Translations under genes and position numbers: made by a program | Notes under the pieces: model-generated | The model's database searches: none | The model's input: the letters and a program-made list of their open reading frames with translations, nothing else | Told to the model about the DNA's origin: nothing | Assembly (NCBI GenBank): GCA_965113315.1 | Contig: OZ220364.1 | Source of the DNA: Podarcis vaucheri | Taxonomy: Eukaryota | DNA: 64,000 nt | Strand: one strand, 5' to 3' | In this document: piece by piece, positions 35,901-49,523 of the stretch | Layout of the letters: each line of letters opens with the position of its first letter | Position numbering within the stretch: the stretch's first letter is position 1

Positions 35901-37939
35901 TGATTAACCAAGCACCCACAATTTAAAGAATTATTTATAATGCCATTTCGGTAGCAATTTAGATTTGCTTTATGTAAATATACATATGAGACCAAAAGTT
36001 ACTGCAAAATATGTCCCATCTATTCAAAGTTTAATAAATGAAGGTCTGTTCATCATCTTATGAAATATCCAATAGAATACACTTTCATATTACTGCTAAA
36101 ATTAAATCAATTTTCCCAACTATGTTTTACAGTGCCCAAGATTAGAAATTTCTATAGAATTTTTTGACATTCAAATAGTGGGAGACAAAAGAAAATAGCA
36201 AGTGACTTGTCCTTGGAACCAAACATAAGGCTGCAAATAATAGCCTTTATTGTCTTTCTGTATTCAGACATCACCTTCCAGTAATTTACCAGAAGCATTA
36301 CTCACTGGATGAATCATTAGCTATTGGAGAAATGTTGGAAAGTGTCATATATTAAAAGACAAATTTATAAGTTAGAAACAGAGCTTTAGGATATCTGAAA
36401 ATGTAATCAACATAGATGGAAGTTATATAATGTCATATATTGTTACAGCAAAAACTTCACATCTAATCTGATTTTAAAACAAACAATTTCTCAACCTAAG
36501 GAATAAGTATGGTCAGTATAGTCATGTGACCTGAGAACCCAGCTTAAGTTAAAAAGGGTGGTGTAATGTTTAAAGGTTTGTTTTCCCTCTGTCAGATTTA
36601 TGCTGGCCTAGCTAGCAGTAACCCTGTGAGAAAATGGAGTTTGGATCTGGCGTATTTTTGCCTTGGCTTAAATAACTTTATATAGGTATAAGTATAGTGT
36701 ACAGGATATCCCTGTATTATAAAACTTGACTACTTCAGTAACCATTTTTTTAAAAAAATCTGATGATCAGATGGTTAGTCTTTTGCTGTCAGCAATCACT
36801 GGATGCATTTCATTTGTTCAAACTGCTGGGCTATTCCAACTGTTTTACAAATTAATGTGGCTTTCCATTGCCACTTTTTATGTGGCAAAGTGATTACAGT
36901 CATCACAATGTGAAAAATCCACTTGCCAGCAGGGATGTGATGAGATTATCAGTGTGCTTAGACAGACCCTTTGTTCAAAATTCATCTTAGTGTGTGTTTG
37001 CACAGTCAATTTTGACAATAAAGGGCACATTGAAGTGAATTATCCCTAGCACACATTAAGTTTATTGTGGATGTGCCCTTGTCTTCTGCAAATAGATTTT
37101 ATGTTCTTATGCAGGAAGTTATTCTGTAAGGTCCTTTATTCTATTTAGTCCATTTTATAGACTGCCCTGTGAGGGCTTTAAGAAGTTGATAATAAAACAA
37201 AATAATTAAATGATGTGGTCAGTCTTATATTTAGTTGGATTTTGAAGCAACTTATTTTTATGTTTAAGTTTATGGTTAAAATATAATTGTGGCAGGTTTT
37301 CATAAAAAAAAGAAGCTTAACCATACTAGAATGATAGTGGGAATTGTCACCAGCTGACTTTTTCCTGGACAAAATAATTATGTGAAGCTATTCTTATACA
37401 ATACACCATTGGAGTGCTTCACAAATCTATCATCCAGAAACCTCCTCCACAGACTTACCATCAAGGCAAGTGCACGATGGAACATGTGACACAGAGCACC
37501 TGTATTTCACAGGCCTTTCGCCACTAAGGGTAAAGTAGTGAGGGATCAGGAATCCACCATATGGATGCATGTATGTATGTAGCTACTATTCTACTTATGG
37601 AACACTTGTTAGAGGGAAAGCTCTTGCACATTCTCACTAACAGAAGTTGGCCAAATTAGAGTTTCCAGCTTGCCGACTTTGTCTCTCAAACTGTTGAAAA
37701 GATAATTCCTTGCAATTGCTTTCCTGCACGAAGTGACATTTGTCAAATTTAGGCAATGTGACAGCATAGTTGCACCAGTCTCCAAGCTGTATTGTTCTTT
37801 AGATGCTGTTAAATGTTGCAGCCCATTCCCATCATGTCCTCCAGCTAGCACTGTTTCTGAGATTTAGTTCTCTCCTGGACATTAAATATGGACAGCTGGC
37901 TCTGCCCTGTGGGAGTGTGTGGAGAAGTAATTTCTCTTT

Positions 37940-38985
37940 TTTTTTTTTGTCCTGAACCTTTCATCATTCAGCTTCACTGGATGCTCACTAGTCCTGAATG
38001 GTCTCCTGGGTCCTGAATGGGGTAACTATGTCCCTGAAGGACCAGGTGTGCAGCCTGGGAGTCGTTTTGGACTCATAGCTGTCCATGGAGGCACAGGTTA
38101 ATTCTGTGTCCAGGGTAGCTGTCTACCAGCTCCACCTGGTACGCAAGATGAAACTCTACCTGCCAGCAGACTGTCTTGCCAGAGTGGTGCATGCTCTAGC
38201 TTGGACTACTACAATGCACTCTACGTGGGGCTACCTTTGAAGGTGACCCAGATCAATTAATCCAGATCAATTAATCCAGAATGCGGCAGCTAGACTGGTG
38301 ACTGGGAGTGGCCGCCGGGACCACATAACACTGATCCTGAGAGATCTGCATTGGTTCCCAGTTCGTTTCCGAGCACAATTCAAAGTGTTGGTGCTGACCT
38401 TTAAAGCCCTAAATGGCCTCGGTCCAGTATACCTGAAGGAGCCTCTCCACCCCCATCGTTCAGCCCGGACACTGAGGTCCAACGCTGAGGACCTTCTGGC
38501 GGTTCTCTCATTGCGATAAGTGAGGTTACAGGGAAGCAGGCAGAGGGCCTTCTCGGTAGTGGCACCTGCCCTGTGGAACGCCCTCCCATCAGATGTCAAG
38601 GAAATAAACAACTATCTGACTTTTAGAAGACATCCAAAGGCAGCCCTGTTTAGGGAAGTTTTTAATATTTAATGCTGTATTGTTTTAACACTAGATTGGA
38701 AGCCGCCCAGAGTGACTTGGCAAACTTAGCCAGATGGGCGGGGTATAAATAAATTATTATTATTATTATTATTAGTAGTAGTAGCAGTAGTAGTATTCAC
38801 TAGTTCTTGTGTTGTGAGAGAGGGAGAAAAGCTTTTCTTTATCCACTTTCTCCATGCCATGCATATAATTTTCTATCATGCCACCTCTTACGCACCTTGC
38901 TCTAAGCTAAAAAGTTGCTAACACTGTAACAATTCATCATAGGAGAGTTGCTCCATTCCTTTGATCATTTTGGCCATCCTTTTCT
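37940..38985 (-). mobile_element. Old CR1 ORF2 fragment, split by the L2 insertion
   Basis: TTTGTCCTGAACC...CACTAGT|TCTTGTGTTGTGAGAGAGGGAGAAAA...CTAAGCTAAAAAG...CCTTTGATCATTTTGG is contiguous once 37993-38796 is removed. Confidence 0.6.
37993..38796 (+). mobile_element. L2 LINE, 5'-truncated, with TSD
   Basis: ORF 38298 RRDHITLILRDLHWFPVRFRAQFKVLVLTFKALNGLGPVYLKE (L2 ORF2 C-terminus), (TTA)/(TAG) tail, TSD TCACTAGT at 37985-37992 and 38797-38804. Confidence 0.9.
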
Positions 38986-40484
38986 AGAAGATAATGTAAT
39001 GAGTTGAAGAAGAAATAAAATGCTTAATAGAAAATTGGCAAAAGAATGACTGGAGGAGAGGTCCAGTGTTCCAGTGAAAGGGGTGGGGAGGGGAAGCCAC
39101 TGCGTAAGGCGGTACACTTGTACACTGGGGCCTCTCTGCGGGAAGCCCATGCAATAGTAATGCAGGGGGGTAGATTGCCTGTGCAAATTGTTTGATAAAT
39201 ATTGTACAGCTCGCAAGCTTTCTAGGGGCAAAAGCAAAGGAGCTACAGCCGAAGAAGCTCGAGAGAGGTTCGAGAGAGCTCAAGATGCCCAGCAGCAAAT
39301 TTCTGCAGGAGAAGAGCAGATAGACAAATGCTAGACAAAGAAAAGGACGCCTATTGTGTCAGAATCAGTTGTGAAAGTAAATGATAACAGGGATTAAAGA
39401 GCATCTTATGAAAGCACAATGTGTTGCTGGGGAATTGGAACAGCAGAATGAGAGTCTGCTCAAACAAGTTTCTCAGATTGCTGGACTAAAGGAATTAGTT
39501 ACGGAGTTAACACATGAAAAGCATGTTCCATCTCCCCCGTGTTCTTGAGAGCAGGGAAGGAGGAAAATGGAGCAGCACTGTAAAATTGTAAGATGTTTGT
39601 TTAACTGGGATTTTATTAAATATGAACAATTCCTTGAATTTAAGAATTTGAGGGGTTAGAGTGTGTCTTTTTCAGCTTATATGGACACTTCAGTCCAATT
39701 AGAGAAGTTGGGTATAATGGAAAAATTAATATGTCAATATGCATTAACTGAATGGCCTAAAGTAATAGGTTTGTTCAACATAATAGATGTATCAGTTTGC
39801 AGTCAAAAGGAATGAGGGTATTGTCCATGTCATAAATCACATTATCTTTAGCCTGAGTAAGAATCTAGAACACTTATTGGTGGCTCTGGAAAATGATCTG
39901 TCTCCAACATTTTTGAAATATATCTCAGTTGGATAAAAATAAGTATACTGGATGGAATAATGTATCTACTTCTCAGTATCAGTCTCTGTGTGAAAAAGCC
40001 ATGTGATTTCTTTCTTTCTTTTTATTCAGATGCATTAACATTGTCTGGGGCAAAAAGAGCACCCTATTGGCAAAAATCAAAATATTTCCTGGTATACTTT
40101 ATTCCCCAGTCTCTTTATTGGTTTTCAAAAAATAAAACTCTTTCTTCACACTTAGACCTGCACCACTGGAGGTTTTTTTTGTTGGGAAGAAAAATTACCC
40201 AGACTCATTACATTGGCTGGGTCAAAAAACAGATCCCCACATGTAAAATTTGATTGGTTTACTTCCTCCCTCCGCCATTTTTTTTTTTTTTTTTGGTCCC
40301 TGATGATTTTTCTGTACAAACTGAAAACAGTAAGTGGCTGAAATGTAGAGACATTGCTTATTACTGGATAGGACTACACTGTGAATCTACTACTTCTCGG
40401 TCAATTCCAAAACAAGAAGTGCACTCGGGTGTAATTTCACCCTCAAATGTCTGGGCCAGGGTATTAAAGAGCTGAGTTAAATGA

Positions 40485-40485
<1 letters not shown>

Positions 40486-40515
<30 letters not shown>

Positions 40516-40527
40516 AAGAAGAAGAAG
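40486..40527. repeat. (AGA)n microsatellite
   Basis: Direct inspection. Confidence 0.98.
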
Positions 40528-43500
40528 AGCAGAAAGGAAATTGATCCTCTGTTGTCTGTCAAATGATCCCAAGTATGTACTCTTGCTTAAGTACATAAGA
40601 AGTACCATGTTGTGTCAGGCCAAGGACTACCTAGTACATTCTTTGCAAAAGCCCAGAAACCAACAGGTACACGACTGTCCTTTGGGAACTGGTCTTCTGC
40701 TAGAATGCTAGATGATGGTCTGCCTTCTACCCACCCACTCTTTAACTGGCCAACTAAAGACCCCCCAACAGTGATGTGCCTGTTTTTGTATTTGTGCCAA
40801 CCAGAACCTTCTGACTAATCATCAGGTTCTTCCAGTGATTCTAAATCCTTGTTGGTCCATAACTAAGGACCATTGATTCTGAAAAGAGTGGTCACTAAAA
40901 GACTTGCCTCAATTTGGCAATTTTCCTGGCTTCCATTAAAGCAGGATTTTACCGTTAACTTCCACACACACAAGGTTGAAAACCTTAGCTGCTTCTTGGA
41001 AGATCGCATCTTTTTGCTTGCTTCTAGCTTCAGTCAAAGTGAACTGCCAGTTTATCATCTATCAAAGTTAACCCTTGATAACAGTATACTGTTGTTATTG
41101 CTTAACCATTCCCTCACAATCTAATTGTTTCTTCAAAGCATGAATCAGAGGTTCAGCCACAAGGAAGGAAAGGAAAGGTTGGGTTTTCACCATAATATAC
41201 AGAGAGAAGTTGAGTGAGGACTTGGCAAGAAAGAGAGAAATCTAAGATAAAGTCAAGACCTCTTCTCTAGTCAGTGAGATATATGGGCATTGTCAATGAA
41301 GAAGGTCTTTTTCCACACACAGTGTATAAGAAGGCTGTTTCCCACAGGCATCTGGATGGCCACTGTGAGAATAGCATACTGGACTAGACGGGCCATTAGC
41401 CTAATCCTGGAGACTTGTGTTCTTAACCAGAACTTGTGTTCTATTTTATAGAAGCCAAGGAGATACATCATAGGAACATAGATGTCCAATACTATAAATG
41501 CCTACTCAGAACTAAGTCTCATTGTTTTTTCATTGTAACTTACTCCTGGGATTTGACCCATTCTTAAATTATTATTAGGATGCAAGCACCAAATATTGAG
41601 AGCCACAGTCTCTGCTAAGATCGGACATGGGCAAAATAAAACCAAGTGGCATTTCACATCCTGTCGCAATACAAGTGCAGCTTTAAAATGTCGCTTGATA
41701 TATAACACTGATGGACATAAGAAAGGTGATATATTCTCAGACCTATCTCTTTCTTTTTCATTTAATAGTAATAAATGGAAGCGAATTTAGTACTACTTAG
41801 TTTACAAGTCACATTTAAATGTATCTTCTGAGAACTACTTTCCTATGAAGAATGGAACATTTCATGGTTTTTCCCTTAAAAACCAGGAGATTAATTTTCA
41901 GCAGTCGGTGTAGGAAAATGTACAGATGGTTCCTTTCAATTAGACACAAAAGCAGTATTTTCCTCTCAACTGCTCTAAACTTTTATACAGGTGTATCTCA
42001 GATGAGAAATGACAATTCTATGCATTACTTTCAGTTCACATTTTTGAATTCTGGGCCTGAGTGACCTCAAAAATCAGAAAAAAGGTCAAAAGTCTTGCAT
42101 GAGGTTTCTATTCTTTTTTTGCTCAAGTCTGCATTCATACATCCTTAAAGAAAAGCTTTTCAGGTATTGTGAAGTCTACAGCAAGGCTTTTCTGTGTTTG
42201 TAAAGACAGCCATAAAACTGTAGGGGGCAGAGATTGAGGCACTATCGCTTGATTTATAGCTTCATTCTTTTCACACAAAGCTCACCTCACTTAAACATAA
42301 AAAATGAAATAAAAATCAAGTTATTGTTTAGAGAGCTAGCAAGCAATAGATAATAAGGAAAGCATGTCGTAGGACACAAAACAAATTATTGCAGTGTTTT
42401 TCCAACTTCAAAACAAGAAAAGTTCTGGTTCAGGGACCAACCCATCTGAAATGGGAGCCTTGCAGCAATGTTTGGGGTTCACAGATGACACCAATGGAAG
42501 TTGGTCCATTTGGGCAGGTGCGATACTGTCCCCCCAACCTCAGTCTTCCCTCAGCAATCCCCCCACCCACCTGCCTTCTTTCTTACAATGAGTCCAAGAG
42601 GTGACACTGCATGCAAGCTTCCTCCTCCTTAGTCTTGGTGTTGTCACTGTAGAACTCAACAAAGAGGAGGATGGGCCTAGGGGACTAGAACTGGCTTTTT
42701 CTATCATTTTCTCTGACCACCTACTGTTGCTGTCCCTTGTGGCCTTCCACCTTAGTTGTTCCAATGGGCATCAGTCGCCACTGGAGGACATCCCCCCCCT
42801 TCATTTCCAGCCTCCTGAACCCTTCCAGTTATGTGCTATGTAGCGGTAAAGGCCTTAAGATTGGAGTCGCCAGCTCTGAACCTGACTGCTTTATTGTAAC
42901 TTAACTGGAGGGGAGTAGTGAGAATTTTTTTTAAACTCATGGTGCGAGGGATTCAGGGCAGTATCATGCTAAATAAAGGCACAAGACTTTGACTTGCACT
43001 ATGAGACTTTCAACCCTTCTCCTCTGCTTGTGTGCCCACTACACCATCTCTGGAGGGCTGAGGAGTTCTCCCTGGTCCCATTCCCCCTGTCAAATTATTG
43101 GCTTCATTGCCCTCCACACACTGTGTGCTGAAATTTTGCAGCAAGAAATCTTCTCTGTTTGTATAGATCCTGGCATGATTTAGAACCCTGTTTCCCCTGC
43201 CACATGATCAGGAGAGAGTACCTGAACTTGCCTAACTTCTAGTTTCTTTAGAATCTTTTTCCTGCAGGGCAGGTGAGATCTTTCCATTTAAAAAACAAAA
43301 CAAAACAGGGAAATCCAAGATAGGGTAGGATAGTTCTTATCTTTGGCATTCACAGCGAATCAGTAAGTTGCCTCACCAGACATTGCAGTGAATAGCATCA
43401 GGTACTGGACTGATTTCACTCATCCAATCAAGTCAAAGCAGAAGAACTGATGTAAAGTCTGAAAGCAATGAGAAAGACAGCATTCATTATGAGTAGTGTT

Positions 43501-44408
43501 ATATTCAGCTTGCTCTGAAATTAACATTTCCATGGAGAATACAGCAAAGGCATTCTACAGAACCAGTACAGTATAAAAAAGCAGTACATAACCCACAAAA
43601 GCAAAGAAACAGAATAACTTAAAGGGTAAAACATTTGGTCCCCAACTGCAGCAAAATGATCTCCTTCCCAGGGCAACTTGCAATTCAAGAACAGACTGGT
43701 ATGGTGACAGTTAATGTTGATGCAGCAAAGGAAGCTGGAAGTTGGAAACAAAATCTGTGCCAGGGGTGGGGGGTGAGGAATAGAGTGGAAGTCCATGAAA
43801 GAGATTTTGTTTAAGAGAAAACATCAAGCTGTACAAATGATAACTAAGCAAATACCAGATGGTGAATGCATACGTCTGGATTTGCTTTTTCTTTCCCTAA
43901 GATTTGTAGTCATTGTTTCAACAGGAATATTATGAATGTTTTCAGTACAAGCTTTGTGCATATCTGACAGCATTATCTGATGAGACTCTGACATCACAAA
44001 CAAACCAGTGTGCTCATTAGCACCAATAAGTTGTCATTCAGAGGACAATTAACTGAGCTTTAGCTAGAGGTGTCTTTCTGCATATAATTGCAGAGACTAA
44101 GAATGATAATTGCTATGGCATGAATGTTATGTAACTTACATGCCAAGAAGATAGAACAGTGCACCCCTCTGTCTCTGGCCATTTAAGTCAGTTATTACAG
44201 TGCTAGGGTATTCACTCTGGTACTGCCCATTCACCAGGATCTACGGACCAGGACTTCCTGCTTCTTCCATTGCCTGTGCAGCATCCAGAGTGTGAGCCTT
44301 TTCTGCCCTGGCCTCAAGCCTTTGGAATCCCCCCTAGTCCATTGTTCCAGTTCTCTAGTCGATTACATTTTACTTTGATATTATTTAAGAAAATGTATGA
44401 TGGCTAAG

Positions 44409-44772
44409 GGAGGGACGCGGGTGGCGCTGTGGGTAAAACCTCAGCGCCTAGGACTTGCTGATCGCATGGTTGGCGGTTCGAATCCCCACGGCGGGGTGCG
44501 CTCCCGTCGTTCGGTCCCAGCGCCTGCCAACCTAGCAGTTCGAAAGCACCTCCGGGTGCAAGTAGATAAATAGGTACCGCTTACCAGCGGGAAGGTAAAC
44601 GGTGTTCCGTGTGCTGCGCTGGCTCGCCAGATGCAGCTTGTCACGCTGGCCACGTGACCCGGAAGTGTCCGCGGACAGCGCTGGCTCCCGGCCTCTAGAG
44701 TGAGATGAGCGCACAACCCTAGAGTCTGGCAAGACTGGCCCGTACGGGCAGGGGTACCTTTACCTTTACCTT
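44409..44772 (+). mobile_element. Sauria SINE, full length, young, 13-bp TSD
   Basis: Intact box A/B (GGTTCGAATCC), CpGs retained, (ACCTTT)n tail. TSD TATGATGGCTAAG at 44396-44408 and 44773-44785. Confidence 0.97.
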
Positions 44773-44880
44773 TATGATGGCTAAGCTTTCTTTTGAGCAA
44801 AGGGAGCATAATGTTTTCTTACTGTGTCTAGCAAGAAGATTCTTTATAGTCAGATGTTATGAGAAATGAGGTGCCTTCAG

Positions 44881-45343
44881 TAATAATAATAATAAAAATT
44901 TTTATTTATACCCCGCCCTCCCCAGCCAAGGCTGGGCTCAGGGCGGCTAAGAAGCAATAATAAAAACAAGTTGAATGAATACAACTTAAAAACAAGATTA
45001 AAATACAACAATTAAAATATTAAAATGCAGCCTCATCACAGGAGGAGAAAGGAAAAAGGAAAAAGAAAGAGGGGGAGGGAATCAAATTGGCTCCAAGCCA
45101 AAGGCCAGGTGGAACAACTCTGTCTTACAGGCCCTGCGGAAAGAAATCAGATCCTGCAGGGCCCTGGTCTCATGAGGCAGAGCGTTCCATCAGTGTTGAA
45201 AAGGCCCTGGCTCTGGTTGAAGCTAATCTAACTTCCTTAGGGCCCGGGACCACTAGGGTGTTGCTATTTATGGACCTTGAGGCTCTCCATGGGGTATACC
45301 GGGAGAGGCAGTCCCGTAGGTATGAGGGTCCTAGGCTGTAGAG
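44881..45343 (-). mobile_element. L2 LINE 3' end (second family)
   Basis: (AAT) tail, TTTATACCCCGCCC terminal motif shared with other L2 ends, GAAAAGGCCCTGG motif. Confidence 0.75.
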
Positions 45344-46287
45344 GTTGGTCAGTTAGGGAAATGGGGCAGTGCCCTGCCAGCCTCAGTCTGCCCCCAGTGA
45401 ATCCAAGGGGTAGAACTGCCTATCAACTTTCCTTCCTCTTTTAGTCTGAGTTGCTCTTGTAGAATCCAGTAGTGAGGAGGTTGGGGACAAAGATAATATT
45501 AGTTGGCTCTGCCCATCATTGGTGGTGCTTGTCATTGGCTCTGGCTCCACCTATAATTTGGATTTCTTTACACCCCAACAGTCTCAGTGGGCATCAACCA
45601 CCACTGGGTGCCTTTAAGGATTTATTAGATCAAACACCAGAGCTTTAGCTGTTTCTAGCCCGTACCAAACACATTTGGTACTCTGCCTCAAAAATCTCAA
45701 AAACACAGTGATAATAAACTCTTACAGTAACAGGGAAACAGGGAATTTTCAAAAGGCAACCAGTGGAGAAACCCACATCAATAGCTATAGATCAGCTGTA
45801 GAAATGGGTTGCATCACGTAACAGTGCTAGTGAGTATAAATCTGGATTAGAACTGCAAAGTATGCAAAACTGGGCCAAGGGATGTATAGGGCTGACGTTG
45901 CTATTTGCTACTAATTGCTACCATTATGCAGTGTTGAGAAGGGCATAGAAAACAGACGTACTTTGGAAATGAGTCAAGAGACTTGTGAGAGAAAATATGG
46001 ATCCACCCTTCCTTCCAGCCCCCACCTGCAACAATATTAAGAAGACGAGCATTAAAATAGTTGCCAACCAGCTCACATGCAAATATCCAAATTACTCTAA
46101 TTGGAATGGCATTCTAGAAGAGTATAATGACTCCCTGAATTGGATGTACTTAGGCCTAATAGTCACAAGCTGCAAACAAGCTGGCAAATTTGTGTCTGCT
46201 AGTGGACACTCAATGACTAAACTTAAATAAATAAAAACCCTGCACATGGACAATTAGATACCAAGGAGAAGTGTTCTATCCTAATAT

Positions 46288-46367
46288 AAAAAATAGTCCA
46301 GTAGCACCTTAGAGACCAACTAAGTTTGTTATAGGTATAAGCTTTTGTGTGCATGCAGACTTCTTCA
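46288..46367 (-). mobile_element. Penelope-like terminal-repeat fragment with a dead hammerhead
   Basis: Homologous to 30945-31027. Minus-strand core reads TTGAAGA...AAAA. Confidence 0.75.
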
Positions 46368-46862
46368 ACTACCTAGTCTTCCCTCAGACATACCAATGTC
46401 GGATTTCGCCCCACCTTGGAAACATTTAATCATCGCCACACCTGTATCTGAAATGGTACAGTCCACATGCAGAGCTCACACTAACATGCACACCACTAGC
46501 CCTGTGAGCAGCTTTCCGCAGTATACATTGCAGCCCCTATCCAGCTGAGGGTTATATATGCATGGAAGCAGGCCTTGGTGTATGTGTGGGAGTGCTATTA
46601 GCATTCAGTTCCCTGCCGTGGTTCAGCAGCTGGAAACATGTGTTTTTAGCCCTTTTTAAAAAGTGGAACTCTCGCTAATTGGGTGTTCTGGGAAGATGGA
46701 TTCCATCTCTCTCATTGCCCCTTCTTTACCAAACAGCTAGTTGGTGGGATTCTAACCTATAAAAAATTAAGAAAGGCTGCCTGCTCTGCTTTGTGAGTGC
46801 TACATTGGATTGAAGTTATAAAGTACAAGTGCATATGTGTGTACTAAATGGAAGAAGATATC

Positions 46863-46954
46863 TTTTTTAAAAAATAATATTTATTAAGTTTCCAACAAAT
46901 TAAGCACAACACTACAAAAAAACAAAAAAAATACAATACAATACATAATATATA

Positions 46955-46994
<40 letters not shown>

Positions 46995-49523
46995 GAAACA
47001 AACAAGACAAAACAGAACAAAACAAAAACCATTTAAAATTTCAATTTCAACATCTTATCTTTCTTTCCCTTATTTCCTCGACCTCCTCACACCTCCCTTT
47101 TTTCTATTCCACTTCTGTTAATTGTTTCAGCAATTCCTTTCCATCTTCCTCTGTTTTATATCCTATACAGTGGTGCTTCGCAAGACGAAATTAATTCATT
47201 CCACGAGTCTTTTCGTCTTGCGATGTTTTTCGTCTTGCGAAGCACAGTCTGTCGCAACTGCGCCTCTTCAAGCGGCTTTAAGAAAAAAAGCGAACAAACT
47301 CGCAAGACGTTTTCATCTTGCGAAGCAAGCCCATAGGGAAATTCGTCTAGCGAAGCAATGCAAAAACCGAAATACCCTTTCGTCTAGTGAGTTTTTTGTC
47401 TTGCGAGGCATTCGTCTTGCGGGGCACCACTGTAGTTATCTTAACGCATTCTAACCATATTTTTCCCTTTAAAGCTCAATTAATCTATTTATACTTAATT
47501 CCAATTCCTATCCATCTTCCCCTGTTTTCTATCCTGTAATTATCTTAACACATTTTAACCTTATTTTCCTTTAATACTCTATTAATCTATTTATACTTAA
47601 TTCCTTATAACATTTCTACTGAAGCCATATAACTTCATTCCAACGTTCTTCTAACATTCATTAATTTTGCAGTATTTCTGTAAATAGTCTTTAAACTTTT
47701 CCCAGTCTTCTTCCACCGACTCTTCTCCCTGGTCTCGGATCTTGCCAGTCTTTCCCGCCAATTCTATCTAGTCCATCAACTTCATCTGCCATTATCCAAC
47801 ACTTCTGTACTTCCAGGAGACAACCACTCTCTCAGCCAGCAAAGAGCAGGTGATTCACAACAAAATTTAAGGGTCTGGCAGGGCAGGTCCACCTCCTTCT
47901 TTAGCATCCGTCAATATCTTAAGTTTTACTCGAGGCTTCCTGCCCTGCCAAACAACTCCAAAAACATCCCTCTGCCACCTCCTGATACAATCCATCCCAT
48001 CCCAAACTTGCACTGTTTGAAACGAAAACAACATCCCCGGCATCCCAGCAACCCTCATCCCCACCACAACAACTCGGCCCAACAATAGCAACTTCAGATT
48101 TGTCCATATTTCCCAATCCCCCTTCTCTTCAATCCAACGTCCTTCACAGTTACCCTTAAATAAATTCACATTTTTGGCGGTCATATTGGCCCCCAAAAGC
48201 CTCTTTCTCAACCGATGTTAGTCCAGTCTCCTCCTGAAGCTCTGTCAGGCTTTCCTTTCACAATTCAGGTAGGGCTCTGGTCCTCAAATTCTTCTGTTTT
48301 CCTTTAAGTTCCATCATAACAGATGTCACATCGAATTGCCTTTGAATAGATGGGGCTCTTTCACACTCCAGTTGTATTATTTTACATTCAGCAGCAAGGG
48401 TTTTCTCCCTGACTTCATCCACAGTTTGCCGTGTCGACGTAAATTCCTGTATCGATCTCTGAATGGTTTCTGTTTTAGTGTTCACCTTTTGTCCCAGATT
48501 GTCTATTTTCCTGTGAAGCTGTTCCAACGAATCATTTATTTTCACTAAAGCAACCACTATGGCCTCTTCTGTCGACATTTCACCTGTTTTTTTTCCTTTC
48601 CATTTACCATAACACTTGAGAAATTCAAGGTCAATCCAGAGTCTCACAGTTCTTATCTTGCAGCTGGAAGTCCCCCTAGCCCACCTCTTATAAAGTAACC
48701 AATTTCAGAGATTTCCACTAGGGGGAAACAATGTCCCCTTTAAACACAACTCATACAGTCCAAAGTTAATTTCAGATTTCAGATACTTTTTACTCCTTTT
48801 TAGAAGCAGCCGGAGACAGTAGAAACAATGTATTTCTCTTCCTTTGCTAGCTGTCAAGGAATGTTCTAAATGCTATCAATGAACATTCCAAAACGTCAGT
48901 CCTACTGGCAGCCCGTTTCCAGGGTCAGAGTGGCTTTATTTTAACTCCTTTCACTCTCTCCTGCAGGCATACTCAGTCCACAACTTCCCCCCCTCTTCTC
49001 CTGCCTCCAAGGGGGGTTTTGTGCTCTTTACCGATGGAAATTTAGGCTTTTACAAAAGGCTTTCCAAGACTTCAGCCTACAGCCTCCTTGCCTCAGTCTG
49101 TTTACAAGTAGGGAAGGCGGACTTCCTGTTTTGAACCTCCCCGTTTCGATGCCAAATTAAACTTTTAAAATCCGATTCTCCCATCTCAGCTCTACTCATG
49201 GGTAATTACTTTGGGGTCAAATTGTCCACAGGAAAAAGTCAATGCTCTCCGGCAACAGCTATGTGGCTTCACTCCGTGGAAGAAGCAGACGATTCAAAGC
49301 ACCGCGCCGCTCACCCCACGTCGCTCCGGATCCCCAAAACCAGGCTTCCCCGCGAGTAGGGGAGGCGCAAAAGGTGCCCGCCGAATCCCACGTTCACAGG
49401 CTTCTCCCGCCTTTTTTTCGGGCCTCCGCCTTCGCCGCGGCGGTACAGACCCAAATTCCCACGGGGCAAGTTCCTCCCGATCAGAGGAACTCCGCCATTG
49501 CCGGGGGCACCAACCCGGAAGTC
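46863..49523 (-). mobile_element. Internally deleted L1-clade element (5' UTR to A-tail), 19-bp TSD
   Basis: CpG-rich 5' end GACTTCCGGGTTGG, ORF1 coiled-coil remnant (48258-48647, ...KQKNLRTRALPEL), ORF2 remnants (VWQGRKPRVKLKILTDAKEGGGPALPD and WQMKLMD...EEDWEKFKDYLQK), AATAAA and A-tail. TSD CTAAATGGAAG(A/G)AGATATC at 46844-46862 and 49524-49542. Confidence 0.9.
47168..47432. mobile_element. Tigger-like MITE nested in the L1 3' UTR
   Basis: TIR CAGTGGTGC.TCGCAAGACGAA with TA TSD. Short relative of 6487-7373. Confidence 0.92.

Noticed and set aside
49200-49523. CpG island as a host promoter, with 149/111/102-aa ORFs
   Set aside because: It lies inside the TSD-bounded L1 and is its 5' UTR.
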